Counted from the first letter of the stretch, positions 44,301-58,968 are shown. The stretch is DNA of 64,000 nt from Eledone cirrhosa (GCA_964016885.1 OZ024745.1:2852001-2916000); one strand, 5' to 3'. Numbers and translations: made by a program. Notes: generated by a model not told the origin, from the letters alone.

Positions 44301-47300
44301 ACAACTGTTCTATAGTGACACACCATCCTACTATAGAACTGTTCTATAGTGACACACCATCCTACTATAGAACTGTTCTATAGTGTCACCCCTAATATAT
44401 CTGATGACACACCATCCTCCTATAGAACTGTTCTATAGTGTCACCCCTAATATATCTGGTGACACACCATCCTACTATAGAACTGTTCTATCGTGACACA
44501 CCATCCTCCTATAGAACTGTTCTATAGTGACACACCATCCTACTATAGAACTGTTCTATAGTGACACACCATCCTACTATAGAACTGTTCTATAGTGTCA
44601 CCCCCAATATATCTGGTGACACACCATCCTACTATACAACTGTTCTATAGTGACACACCATCCTACTATAGAACTGTTCTATAGTGACACACATTCCTAC
44701 TATAGAACTGTTCTATAGTGTCACACCATCCTACTATAGAACTGTTCTATAGTGACACACCATCCTACTATAGAACTGTTCTATAGTGTCACCCCCAATA
44801 TATCTGGTGACACACCATCCTACTATAGAACTGTTCTATAGTGTCACCCCTAATATATCTGGTGACACACCATCCTACTATAGAACTGTTCTATAGTGAC
44901 ACACCATCCTACTATAGAACTGTTCTATAGTGACACACCATCCTACTATAGAACTGTTCTATAGTGTCACACCATCCTACTATAGAACTGTTCTATAGTG
45001 ACACACATTCCTACTATAGAACTGTTCTATAGTGACACACATCCCTACTATAGAACTGTTCTATAGTGACACACCATCCTACTATACAACTGTTCTATAG
45101 TGTCACACCATCCTACTATAGAACTGTTCTATAGTGACACACCATCCTACTATAGAACTGTTCTATAGTGACACACCATCCTAGTATAGAACTGTTCTAT
45201 AGTGTCACCCCCAATATATCAGGTGACACACCATCCTACTATAGAACTGTTCTATAGTGACACACCATCCTACTATACAACTGTTCTATAGTGACACACC
45301 ATCCTACTATAGAACTGTTCTATAGTGACACACCATCCTACTATAGAACTGTTCTATAGTGACACACCATCCTACTATAGAACTGTTCTATAGTGTCACC
45401 CCTAATATATCTGGTGACACACCACCCTACTATAGAACTGTTCTATAGTGTCACCCCTAATATATCTGGTGACACACCATCCTACTATAGAACTGTTCTA
45501 TAGTGTCACCCCCAATATATCTGGTGACACACCATCCTACTATAGAACTGTTCTATAGTGTCACCCCTCACATATCTTGTGACACACCATCCTACTATAG
45601 AACTGTTCTATAGTGACACACCATCCTACTATAGAACTGTTCTATAGTGACACACCATCCTACTATATAACTGTTCTATAGTGACACACCATCCTACTAT
45701 AGAACTGTTATATAGTGATACACTATCCTACTATAGAAGTGTTCTATAGTGACACACAATCCTACTATAGAACTGTTCTATAGTGACACACCATCCTACT
45801 ATAGAACTGTTCTATAGTGACACCCCTAATATATCTGGTGACACACCATCCTACTATAGAACTGTTCTATAGTGTCACCCCTAATATATCTGGTGACACA
45901 CCATCCTACTATAGAACTGTTCTATAGTGACACACCATCCTACTATAGAACTGTTCTATAGTGTCACCCCTAATATATCTGGTGACACACCATCCTACTA
46001 TAGAACTGTTCTATAGTGTCACCCCTAATATATCTGGTGACACACCATCCTACTATAGAACTGTTCTATAGTGACACACCATCCTACTATAAAACCGTTC
46101 TATAGTGACACACCATCCTACTATAGAACTCTTCTATAGTGTCACCCCTAATATATCTGGTGACACACCATCCTACTATAGAACTGTTCTATAGTGACAC
46201 ACCATCCTACTATAGAACTGTTCTATAGTGACACACCATCCTACTATAGAACTGTTCTATAGTGACACACCATCCTACTATAGAACTGTTCTATAGTGAC
46301 ACACCATCCTACTATAGAACTGTTCTATAGTGTCACCCCCAATATATCTGTGACACACCATCCTACTATACAACTGTTCTATAATGACACACCATCCTAC
46401 TATAGAACTGTTCTATAGTGACACACATTCCTACTATAGAACTGTTCTATAGTGTCACACCATCCTACTATAGAACTGTTCTATAGTGACACACATTCCT
46501 ACTGTAGAACTGTTCTATAGTGTCACACCATCCTACTATAGAACTGTTCTATAGTGACACACCATCCTACTATAGAACTGTTCTATAGTGTCACACCATC
46601 CTACTATAGAACTGTTCTATAGTGACACACCATCCTACTATAGAACTGTTCTATAGTGTCACCCCCAATATATCTGGTGACACACCATCCTACTATAGAA
46701 CTGTTCTATAGTGTCACCCCTCACATATCTGGTGACACACCATCCTACTATAGAACTGTTCTATAGTGACACACCATCCTACTATAGAACTGTTCTATAG
46801 TGACACACCATCCTACTATATAACTGTTCTATAGTGACACACCATCCTACTATAGAACTGTTATATAGTGATACACCATCCTACTATAGAAGTGTTCTAT
46901 AGTGACACACCATCCTACTATAGAACTGTTCTATAGTGACACCCCTAATATATCTGGTGACACACCATCCTACTATAGAACTGTTCTATAGTGTCACCCA
47001 TAATATATCTGGTGACACACCATCCTACTATAGAACTGTTCTATAGTGTCACCCCTAATATATCTGGTGACACACCATCCTACTATAGAACTGTTCTATA
47101 GTGACACACCATCCTACTACAGAACTGTTCTATAGTGACACACCATCCTACTATAGAACTGTTCTATAGTGACACACCATCCTACTATAGAACTGTTCTA
47201 TAGTGACACACCATCCTACTATAGAACTGTTCTATAGTGTCACCCCTAATATATCTGGTGACACACCATCCTACTATAGAACTGTTCTATAGTGACACAC

Positions 47301-50300
47301 CATCCTACTATAGAACTGTTCTATAGTGACACACCATCCTCCTATAGAACTGTTCTATAGTGTCACCCCTAATATATCTGGTGACACACCATCCTACTAT
47401 AGAACTGTTCTATAGTGACACACCATCCTCCTATAGAACTGTTCTATAGTGACACACCATCCTACTATAGAACTGTTCTATAGTGACACACCATCCTACT
47501 ATAGAACTGTTCTATAGTGACTCACCATCCTACTATACAACTGTTCTATAGTGACACACCATCCTACTATAGAACTGTTCTATAGTGACACACCATCCTA
47601 CTATAGAACTGTTCTATAGTGTCACCCCAAATATATCTGGTGACACACCATCCTACTATACAACTGTTCTATAGTGACACACCATCCTACTATAGAACTG
47701 TTCTATAGTGACACACCATCCTACTATACAACTGTTCTATAGTGACACACCATCCTACTATAGAACTGTTCTATAGCGTCACCCCCAATATATCTGGTGA
47801 CACACCATCCTACTATAGAACTGTTCTATAGTGACACACCATCCTACTATAGAACTGTTCTATAGTGACACACCATCCTACTATAGAACTGTTCTATAGT
47901 GACACACCATCCTACTATAGAACTGTTCTATAGTGACACACCATCCTACTATACAACTGTTCTATAGTGACACACCATCCTACTATAGAACTGTTCTATA
48001 GCGTCACCCCCAATATATCTGGTGACACACCATCCTACTATAGAACTGTTCTATAGTGACACACCATCCTACTATAGAACTGTTCTATAGTGACACACCA
48101 TCCTACTATAGAACTGTTCTATAGTGACACACCATCCTACTATAGAACTGTTCTATAGTGTCACCCCAAATATATCTGGTGACACACCATCCTACTATAC
48201 AACTGTTCTATAGTGACACACCATCCTACTATAGAACTGTTCTATAGTGTCACCCCAAATATATCTGGTGACACACCATCCTACTATAGAACTGTTCTAT
48301 AGTGACACACCATCCTACTATAGAACTGTTCTATAGTGACACACCATCCTACTATAGAAATGTTCTATAGTGACACACCATCCTACTATAGAACTGTTCT
48401 ATAGTGTCACCCCTAATATATCTGGTGACACACCATCCTACTATAGAACTGTTCTATAGTGTCACCCCCAATATATCTGGTGACACACCATCCTACTATA
48501 GAACTGTTCTATAGTGACACACATTCCTACTATAGAACTGTTCTATAGTGACACACATTCCTACTATAGAACTGTTCTATAGTGACACACCATCCTACTA
48601 TACAACTGTTCTATAGTGTCACACCATCCTACTATAGAACTGTTCTATAATGACACACCATCCTACTATAGAACTGTTCTATAGTGTCACCCCCAATATA
48701 TCTGGTGACACACCATCCTACTATAGAACTGTTCTATAGTGACACACCATCCTACTATACAACTGTTCTATAGTGACACACCATCCTACTATACAACTGT
48801 TCTATAGTGACACACCATCCTACTATAGAACTGTTCTATAGTGTCACCCCCAATATATCTGGTGACACACCATCCTACTATAGAACTGTTCTATAGTGAC
48901 ACACCATCCTACTATAGAACTGTTCTATAGTGACACACCATCCTACTATAGAACTGTTCTATAGTGTCACCCCTAATATATCTGGTGACACACCATCCTA
49001 CTATAGAACTGATCTATAGTGTCACCCCTAATATATCTGGTGACACACCATCCTACTATAGAACTGTTCTATAGTGTCACCCCCAATATATCTGGTGACA
49101 CACCATCCTACTATAGAACTGTTCTATAGTGTCACCCCTCACATATCTGGTGACACACCATCCTACTATAGAACTGTTCTATAGTGACACACCATCCTAC
49201 TATAGAACGGTTCTATAGTGACACACCATCCTACTATATAACTGTTCTATAGTGACACACCATCCTACTATAGAACTGTTATATAGTGATACACCATCCT
49301 ACTATAGAAGTGTTCTATAGTGATACACAATCCTACTATAGAACTGTTCTATAGTGACACACCATCCTACTATAGAACTGTTCTATAGTGACACCCCTAA
49401 TATATCTAGTGACACACCATCCTACTATAGAACTGTTCTATAGTGTCACCCCTAATATATCTGGTGACACACCATCCTACTATAGAACTGTTCTATAGTG
49501 ACACACCATCCTACTATAGAACTGTTCTATAGTGACTCACCATCCTACTATACAACTGTTCTATAGTGTCACACCATCCTACTATAGAACTGTTCTATAG
49601 TGACACAACATCCTACTATACAACTGTTCTATAGTGACACACCATCCTACTATAGAACTGTTCTATAGTGACACACCATCCTACTATAGAACTGTTCTAT
49701 AGTGTCACCCCAAATATATCTGGTGACACACCATCCTACTATACAACTGTTCTATAGTGACACACCATCCTACTATAGAACTGTTCTATAGTGACACAAC
49801 ATCCTACTATACAACTGTTCTATAGTGACACACCATCCTACTATAGAACTGTTCTATAGCGTCACCCCCAATATATCTGGTGACACACCATCCTACTATA
49901 GAACTGTTCTATATTGACACACCATCCTACTATAGAACTGTTCTATAGTGTCACCCCCAATATATCTGGTGACACACCATCCTGCTATAGAACTGTTCTA
50001 TAGTGTCACCCCTCACATATCTGGTGACACACCATCCTACTATAGAACTGTTCTATAGTGACACACCATCCTACTATAGAACTGTTCTATAGTGACACAC
50101 CATCCTACTATATAACTGTTCTATAGTGACACACCATCCTACTATAGAACTGTTATATAGTGATACACCATCCTACTATAGAAGTGTTCTATAGTGATAC
50201 ACAATCCTACTATAGAACTGTTCTATAGTGACACACCATCCTACTATAGAACTGTTCTATAGTGACACCCCTAATATATCTGGTGACACACCATCCTACT

Positions 50301-53300
50301 ATAGAACTGTTCTATAGTGTCACCCCTAATATATCTGGTGACACACCATCCTACTATAGAACTGTTATATAGTGATACACCATCCTACTATAGAAGTGTT
50401 CTATAGTGATACACAATCCTACTATAGAACTGTTCTATAGTGACACACCATCCTACTATAGAACTGTTCTATTGTGACACCCCTAATATATCTGGTGACA
50501 CACCATCCTACTATAGAACTGTTCTATAGTGTCACCCCTAATATATCTGGTGACACACCATCCTACTATAGAACTGTTCTATAGTGACACACCATCCTAC
50601 TATAGAAAGGTTCTATAGTGACACACCATCCTACTATAGAACTGTTCTATAGTGACACACCATCCTACTATAGAACTGTTCTATAGTGACACACCATCCT
50701 ACTATAGAACTGTTCTATAGTGACACACCATCCTACTATAGAACTGTTCTATAGTGACACACCATCCTACTATAGAACTGTTCTATAGTGACACACCATC
50801 CTCCTATAGAACTGTTCTATAGTGTCACCCCTAATATATCTGGTGACACACCATCCTACTATAGAACTGTTCTATAGTGACACACCATCCTCATATAGAA
50901 CTGTTCTATAGTGACACACCATCCTACTATAGAACTGTTCTATAGTGACACACCATCCTACTATAGAACTGTTCTATAGTGACTCACCATCCTACTATAC
51001 AACTGTTCTATAGTGTCACACCATCCTACTATAGAACTGTTCTATAGTGACACACCATCCTACTATACAACTGTTCTATAGTGACACACCATCCTACTAT
51101 AGAACTGTTCTATAGTGTCACCCCAAATATATCTGGTGACACACCATCCTACTATAGAACAGTTCTATAGTGACACACCATCCTACTATAGAACTGTTCT
51201 ATAGTGACACACCATCCTACTATAGAACTGTTCTATAGTGACACACCATCCTACTATAGAACTGTTCTATAGTGACACACCATCCTACTATAGAACTGTT
51301 CTATAGTGACACACCATCCTACTATAGAACTGTTCTATAGTGACAGACCATCCTACTATAGGACTGTTCTATAGTGTCACACCATCCTACTATAGAACTG
51401 CTCTATAGTGACACACCATCCTACTATAGAACTGTTCTATAGTGACACACCATCCTACTATACAACTGTTCTATAGTGTCACACCATCCTACTATAGAAC
51501 TGTTCTATAGTGACACACCATCCTACTATAGAACTGTTCTATAGTGTCACACCATCCTACTATAGAACTGTTCTATAGTGTCACACCATCCTACTATAGA
51601 ACTGTTCTATAGTGACACACCATCGTACTATAGAACTGTTCTATAGTGACACACGATCCTACTATAGAACTGTTCTATAGTGACACACCATCCTACTATA
51701 GAACTGTTCTATAGTGACACACCATCCTACTATAGAACTGTTCTATAATGACACACCATCCTACTATAGAACTGTTCTATAGTGACACACCATCCTACTA
51801 TAGAACTGTTCTATAGTGACACACCATCCTACTATAGAAAATCTCTATAGTGACACACCATCCTACTATAGAACTGTTCTATAGTGACACACCATCCTAC
51901 TATAGAACTGTTCTATAGTGTCACCCCCAATATATCTGGTGACACACCATCCTACTATAGAACTGTTCTATAGTGACACACATTCCTACTATAGAACTGT
52001 TCTATAGTGACACACCATCCTACTATAGAACTGTTCTATAGTGTCACACCATCCTACTATAGAACTGTTCTATAGTGACACACCATCCTACTATAGAACT
52101 GTTCTATAGTGACACACCATCCTACTATAGAACTGTTCTATAGTGTCACCCCCAATATATCTGGTGACACACCATCCTACTATAGAACTGTTCTATAGTG
52201 ACACACCATCCTACTATAGAACTGTTCTATAGTGACACACCATCCTACTATACAACTGTTCTATAGTGACACACCATCCTACTATACAACTGTTCTATAG
52301 TGTCACACCATCCTACTATAGAACTGTTCTATAGTGACACACCATCCTACTATAGAACTGTTCTATAGTGTCACCCCCAATATATCTGGTGACACACCAT
52401 CCTACTATAGAACTGTTCTATAGTGACACACCATCCTACTATAGAACTGTTCTATAGTGACACACATTCCTACTATAGAACTGTTCTATAGTGACACACC
52501 ATTCTACTATAGAACTGTTCTATAGTGACACACCATCCTACTATAGAACTGTTCTATAGTGACACACCATCCTACTATAGAACTGTTCTATAGTGTCACC
52601 CCCAATATATCTGGTGACACACCATCCTACTATAGAACTGTTCTATAGTGACACACCATCCTACTATAGAACTGTTCTATAGTGTCACCCCCAATATATC
52701 TGGTGACACACCATCCTACTATAGAACTGTTCTATAGTGACACACCATCCTACCATAGAACTGTTCTATAGTGACACACCATCCTACTATAGAACTGTTC
52801 TATAGTGTTACCCCTAATATATCTGGTGACACATCATCCTACTATGGAACTGTTCTATAGTGACACACCATCCTACTATAGAACTGTTCTATAGTGACAC
52901 ACCATCCTACTATACAACTGTTCTATAGTGACACACCATCCTACTATAGAACTGTTCTATAGTGACACACCATCCTACTATAGAACTGTTCTATAGTGAC
53001 ACACCATCCTACTATAGAACTGTTCTATAGTGACACACCATCCTACTATAGAACTGTTCTATAGTGACACACCATCCTACTATAGAACTGTTCTATAGTG
53101 TCACCCCCAATATATCTGGTGACACACCATCCTACTATAGAACTGTTCTATAGTGACACACCATCCTACTATAGAACTTTTCTATAGTGACACACCATCC
53201 TACTATAGAACTGTTCTATAGTGTCACCCCCAATATATCTGGTGACACACATCCTACTATAGAACTGTTCTATAGTGACACACCATCCTACTATAGAACT

Positions 53301-56259
53301 GTTCTATAGTGACACACCATCCTACTATAGAACTGTTCTATAGTGTCACCCCCAATATATCTGGTGACACACCATCCTACTATAGAACTGTTCTATAGTG
53401 ACACACCATCCTACTATAGAACTTTTCTATAGTGACACACCATCCTACTATAGAACTGTTCTATAGTGTCACCCCCAATATATCTGGTGACACACCATCC
53501 CACTATACAACTGTTCTATAGTGACACACCATCCTACTATAGAACTGTTCTATAGTGTCACCCCTAATATATCTGGTGAAACACCATCCTACTATAGAAC
53601 TGTTCTATAGTGACACACCATCCTACTATAGAACTGTTCTATAGTGTCACACCATCCTACTATAGAACTGTTCTATAGTGACACACAATCCTACTATAGA
53701 ACTGTTCTATAGTGACACACAATCCTACTAGACAACTGTTCTATAGTGACACACCATCCTACTATAGAACTGTTCTATAGTGACACACCATCCTACTATA
53801 GAACTGTTCTATAGTGACACACCATCCTACTATAGAACTGTTCTATAGTGTCACACCATCCTACTATAGAACTGTTCTATAGTGACACACAATCCTACTA
53901 TAGAACTGTTCTATAGTGACACACAATCCTACTAGACAACTGTTCTATAGTGACACACCATCCTACTATAGAACTGTTCTATAGTGACACACCATCCTAC
54001 TATAGAACTGTTCTATAGTGTCACACCATCCTACTATAGAACTGTTCTATAGTGACACACAATCCTACGATAGAACTGTTCTATAGTGTCACACCATCCT
54101 ACTATACAACTGTTCTATAGTGACACACAATCCTACTATACAACTGTTCTATAGTGACACACAATCCTACTATACAACTGTTCTATAGTGACACACCATC
54201 CTACTATAGAACTGTTCTATAGTGACACACCATCCTACTATAGAACTGCTCTATAGTGACACACCATCCTACTATTGAACTGTTCTATAGTGACACACCA
54301 TCCTACTATAGAACTGTTCTATAGAGTCACACCATCCTACTATAGAACTGTTCTATAGTGACACACAATCCTACTATAGAACTGTTCTATAGTGACACAC
54401 CATCCTACTATACAACTGTTCTATAGTGACACACCATCCTACTATAGAACTGTTCTATAGTGACACACCATCCTACTATAGAACTGTTCTATAGTGTCAC
54501 CCCCAATATATCTGGTGACACACCATCCTACTATAGAACTGTTCTATTGTGACACACCATCCTACTATAGAACTGTTCTATAGTGACACACCATCGTCCT
54601 ATAGAACTGTTCTATAGTGTCACCCCCAATATATCTGGTGACACACCTTCCTACTATAGAACTGTTCTATAGTGACACACCATCCTACTATAGAACTGTT
54701 CTATAGTGACACACCATCCTACTATACAACTGTTCTATAGTGACACACCATCCTACTATACAACTGGTCTATAGTGTCACACCATCCTACTATAGAACTG
54801 TTCTATAGAGACACACCATCCTACTATAGAACTGTTCTATAGTGACACACCATCCTACTATAGAACTGTTCTATAGTGACACACCATCCTACTATACAAC
54901 TGTTCTATAGTGACACACCATCCTACTATAGAACTGTTCTATAGTGACACACCATCCTACTATAGGACTGTTATATAGTGACACACCATCCTACTATAGA
55001 ACTGTTCTATAGTGACACACCATCCTACTATAGAACTGTTCTATAGTGACACACCATCCTACTATAGAACTGTTCTATAGTGTCACCCCCAATATATCTG
55101 GTGACACACCATCCTACTATAGAACTGTTCTATAGTGACACACCATCCTACTATAGAACTGTTCTATAGTGACACACCATCCTACTATAGAACTGTTCTA
55201 TAGTGACACACCATCCTACTATAGAACTGTTCTATAGTGACACACCATCCTACTATAGAACTGTTCTATAGTGACACACCATCCTACTATAGAACTGTTC
55301 TATAGTGACAAACCATCCTACTATAGAACTGTTCTATAGTGACACACCATCCTACTATAGAACTGTTCTATAGTGACACACCATCCTACTATAGAACTGT
55401 TCTATAGTGACACACCATCCTACTATAGAACTGTTCTATAGTTTCACCCCTAATATATCTGGTGACACATCATCCTACTATAGAACTGTTCTATAGTGAC
55501 ACACCATCCTACTATAGAACTGTTCTATAGTGACACACCATCCTACTATAGAACTGTTCTATAGTGTCACCCCTAATATATCTGGTGACACATCATCCTA
55601 CTATAGAACTGTTCTATAGTGACACACCATCCTACTATAGAACTGTTCTATAGTGACACACCATCCTACTATAGAACTGTTCTATAGTGTCACCCCCAAT
55701 ATATCTGGTGACACACCATCCTACTATAGAACTGTTCTATAGTGACACACCATCCTACTATAGAACTGTTCTATAGTGACACACCATCCTACTATAGAAC
55801 TGTTCTATAGTGACACACCATCCTACTATAGAACTGTTCTATAGTGACACACCATCCTACTATAGAACTGTTCTATAGTGTCACCCCTAATATATCTGGT
55901 GACACATCATCCTACTATAGAACTGTTCTATAGTGACACACCATCCTACTATAGAACTGTTCTATAGTGACACACCATCCTACTATACAACTGTTCTATA
56001 GTGACACACCATCCTACTATACAACTGTTCTATAGTGACACACCATCCTACTATAGAACTGTTCTATAGTGACACACCATCCTACTATAGAACTGTTCTA
56101 TAGTGACACACCATCCTACTATACAACTGTTCTATAGTGACACACCATCCTACTATAGAACTGTTCTATAGTGACACACATTCCTACTATAGAACTGTTC
56201 TATAGTGACACACATTCCTACTATAGAACTGTTCTATAGTGTCACCCCTGATATATCTG
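26306..56259. repeat. Satellite B: ~30-kb array of interspersed 34-bp (GTGACACACCATCCTACTATAGAACTGTTCTATA) and 55-bp (34-mer plus GTGTCACCCCTAATATATCTG) monomers
   Basis: Periods measured directly (34 bp: 28021 to 28055; 55 bp: 27301 to 27356). Core ACTATAGAAC-T-GTTCTATAGT is a 10-bp-arm palindrome. The long form adds the stem GTGTCACC-N12-GGTGACAC. Confidence 0.98.
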
Positions 56260-56486
56260 TAATATTGCAGGAAGGAAGAATGTGATTTGCAGGACATTGC
56301 TGACCAGCAAAGCTAGAACCTGTTAGTGATATTTTGTTTTGGGCAGCTAGCCACGGTGAGAGGAGGGCTGGCTGACCGGCTTTAACTTACATTGACCAAC
56401 TATGTAGGGACACAGGATGGTCTGCCAACACTGGGTTGTCACGGATGGCGTGCTAGGCTCATGAACGTCTGAGCAAGCTCGACCAG

Positions 56487-56487
<1 letters not shown>
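56250..56487 (+). mobile_element. RTE-like LINE remnant, right piece (ORF C-terminus), followed by (TA)n
   Basis: Translation DISVILQEGRM*FAGHC*PAKLEPVSDILFWAASHGERRAG*PALTYIDQLCRDTGW, then after a disruption GWRARLMNV*ASSTR. Matches RTE C-terminal motifs R.rfaGH, W...hG.R..GRP..tyid and terminal WR. Several stops are TGA at expected Arg positions. Confidence 0.88.

Positions 56488-56488
<1 letters not shown>

Positions 56489-56526
<38 letters not shown>
56489..56526. repeat. (TA)19 microsatellite at the LINE 3' end
   Basis: Direct reading. Confidence 0.97.
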
Positions 56527-56529
<3 letters not shown>

Positions 56530-56745
56530 CCTTTTCTAAAAATGTCACTGGTAGCGGTCAGTTCGAGGAACTTGTCCTTACACTGAGAGAGTCACTTGAC
56601 AAGTCGTAAACTTCACAGCTTGAGTGTACTTAACTGCACTTTAGCTGCTCACCATTCGGCGAGACTGCGCAGTCGGAACTTTGAAGAAAAATTAGGTATT
56701 TCTTGTCGATTTCCACTTCACACTTATATATCTCATCTCATCTCA

Positions 56746-57625
56746 TCTCAATATATATATATAAAATAGAGGATGTCTGTCTGTCTGTGTAAATCCCTAA
56801 AACTCGAGAAGTACCCGACCAATTCTTTTCAAACTTTACACATGTGTTACTTATATTTCTTGAAGTGAAATGGGCGAAAAAGAGTTTAACTTTTTCTGCC
56901 CTAGGGCCCGGATTAGGCGAAAAACCGCATTTTGGGGGCATTTTTAGGCTTTTTTGAGGTGTAACTTAAAGATAATCCAGCCGCTTTCCTCGAAATTTGC
57001 AGCACATATTAGTTAGTCCCCTCCCATTGCTGTGGACAAAAAAATTTCCCATTCCCTTAATGGTTTCTAGGAAATTTACGAATTAGAATTGGGCATTACA
57101 TGCCTTTTTCATTTTCAATATAAACGCTACTTAAACATCGTAAGTAGCGTATAATATTTCGTTAAAAATTTGGTTTATTTAACAGAGGACACAACACTTA
57201 CTTTTAAGCTGAACCGTAAAACTCACGTCTGTGCTACTTCTACTAAGACTCCTTTTGTTGCACCTACACCGCAGTATGAACGCCCTGCGCAAGTACGGCG
57301 AACAGCGGTTGTGTTAATTCCGCGGTGACCCCTTTTGTCGCACCTTTGTTGCTCTGTAAACGCAGTACGATTTTCTCCAAATGGAAGAAAAATTATACTC
57401 TAAGATTTAGTAAGCTTAAAGAGTATCCAGCTGATTTTCTTTAGATTTTGCACATGCATGCAGGTGTTTCATGATTCGGGCCTGCTGGTGTTCTGCGTTT
57501 CCAGTAGATGAACAATCATTCCCTGAGAATAAGGGAATTCAAAAAGTACACAGCTACATTCCTCAATCTTTGCATATGCGTGTTGCTACGTTTCCTACCC
57601 CGTGCAACGCAGGGTCCTGCTGCTA

Positions 57626-57626
<1 letters not shown>
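56746..57626 (+). mobile_element. Non-autonomous Helitron-like element (~880 bp)
   Basis: 5' end A|TCTCAATATATATATATAAAA followed by short (GTCT)n. 3' end has a GC-rich imperfect hairpin CCCCGTGCAACGCAGGG (57598-57614), then 8 nt, then CTAG|T (57623-57627). No TSD and no coding capacity. The 5' boundary is uncertain within (TCTCA)4 at 56731-56750. Confidence 0.8.
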
Positions 57627-57677
<51 letters not shown>

Positions 57678-57694
57678 TGTGTATATATATATAT
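57627..57694. repeat. (TA)n microsatellite, interrupted once
   Basis: (TA)24 at 57627-57674 plus a short run to 57694. Confidence 0.95.
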
Positions 57695-57695
57695 C

Positions 57696-57848
57696 GAAAA
57701 AGGGAAAGAATGACTTCACTTGTGGTTGGTATTCTATAACAATTTAATTTTATAATTTTGTAATTTTATAATTTTGGTATGTCAAAATTATAAAATTAAA
57801 TTCTTATAGACTACCAACCACAAGTGACGTCATTCTTTTCTTTGTTTC
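57696..57848. repeat. Inverted repeat 1: ~65-bp imperfect arms
   Basis: 57696-57760 is the near reverse complement of 57783-57848 (AAAGAATGAC.TCACTTGTGGTTGGTA.TCTATAA.AATTTAATTTTATAATTTTG). The spacer contains a 16-bp direct duplication of the arm end. Confidence 0.92.
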
Positions 57849-57919
57849 TATTATACCTAACTGTACCAGGGATCTCACACATTTTCATATATATATATAT
57901 ATATATATATGAAAATGTG

Positions 57920-58066
57920 TGTGTTCAGGTGCAGAGATACTATAAAATATCTTATACAATAGGGTGGTGAAGTTGCCATCGACCTACGACAACTTCTTTT
58001 TCCACCTTTTGATGGTCTTCGCCCCATTCTATAAGCTATTTTATAATATCTCTGCACTTGAGCACA
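57920..58066. repeat. Inverted repeat 2: ~60-bp imperfect arms, ~26-bp loop
   Basis: TGTGTTCAGGTGCAGAGATACTATAAAATATCTTATACAATAGGG pairs with CCCATTCTATAAGCTATTTTATAATATCTCTGCACTTGAGCACA. Follows (AT)n at 57887-57910. Confidence 0.9.
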
Positions 58067-58405
58067 TCATCCTTTATACTTTCTTTTCTCAGCGCTTAAA
58101 AATCTGAAGAATCGACTACATTATTTGTTAACATGTATAATATTTTGTTAATTCTGAAATATTTCTTAACCTTCGGTGATAGAGCCCAGAATAAAATATG
58201 TATTCAGCTCACTTATTTCATCCTGTTTCATAATTCACTTTACTACCAGACTCAAACATTCGTAGTCAAATAAGCGACATGACTAACTCTCCAGATAATT
58301 CTTTCTACTTTATAGAAACATATTTCCTGAGTTGGGTTGATATGAATACCAAGGTGGAGATAGCGAGTTTGGTTTACAACTACCTCCCTCCTTCTCTTCT
58401 CATAA

Positions 58406-58407
<2 letters not shown>

Positions 58408-58473
<66 letters not shown>
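58408..58473. repeat. (AT)n microsatellite
   Basis: Direct reading. Confidence 0.97.
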
Positions 58474-58477
<4 letters not shown>

Positions 58478-58677
58478 ATACTTTGGGAGGGTCATGTTGC
58501 CAATAAGAAACACACGCACCAGTTGCTTTCACTTCAATTTAATTTAATATATATTTATAAATTTACAAATTTATAAATTTGTAAATTTATAAATATATAT
58601 TAAATTAAATTGAAGTGAAAGCAACTGGTGCGTGTGTTTCTTATTGGCAACATGACCCTCCCAAAGTATAACAATAT
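58470..58677. repeat. Inverted repeat 3: perfect 208-bp palindrome, 104-bp arms, no spacer
   Basis: Checked base by base. Centre lies between 58573 and 58574 (ATTTACAAATTTA|TAAATTTGTAAAT). First mismatch is at 58469/58678. Confidence 0.97.
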
Positions 58678-58731
58678 CGGTTTCAACACACGATTTCAGA
58701 TAAAGAATCTTGCTAAACAAATTCAGAAACG

Positions 58732-58768
<37 letters not shown>

Positions 58769-58852
58769 CAAAGAGATATTTAATTTGTTGGTTATTCAAC
58801 AAATTTATTTATAACAGATTCGAAGCACTCTACAATTTTCTTCTGGAGTATA

Positions 58853-58964
58853 ATATCAATGAAATTAATACATTAATACATGGAAACTATTTTTATAAAA
58901 CTATATGTATATAATAAAATAAATATGGCTTTATAAAAATAGTTTCCATATATTAATATCATTG

Positions 58965-58968
<4 letters not shown>
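58853..58968. repeat. Inverted repeat 4: ~46-bp imperfect arms ending in a (TA)n run
   Basis: ATATCAATGAAATTAATAC[ATTAATAC]ATGGAAACTATTTTTATAAAACTATAT pairs with ATATGGCTTTATAAAAATAGTTTCCATATATTAATATCATTGATAT. The left arm carries an 8-bp duplication. Confidence 0.9.

Noticed and set aside
56527-56730. ~200-bp module between (TA)n and the Helitron-like element
   Set aside because: Probably repeat-derived, but only short weak inverted matches and no assignable motif were found.
58095-58175. Plus-strand CTGAAGA...GAAA hammerhead-like motif
   Set aside because: No convincing stem I or stem II. Expected by chance in AT-rich DNA.
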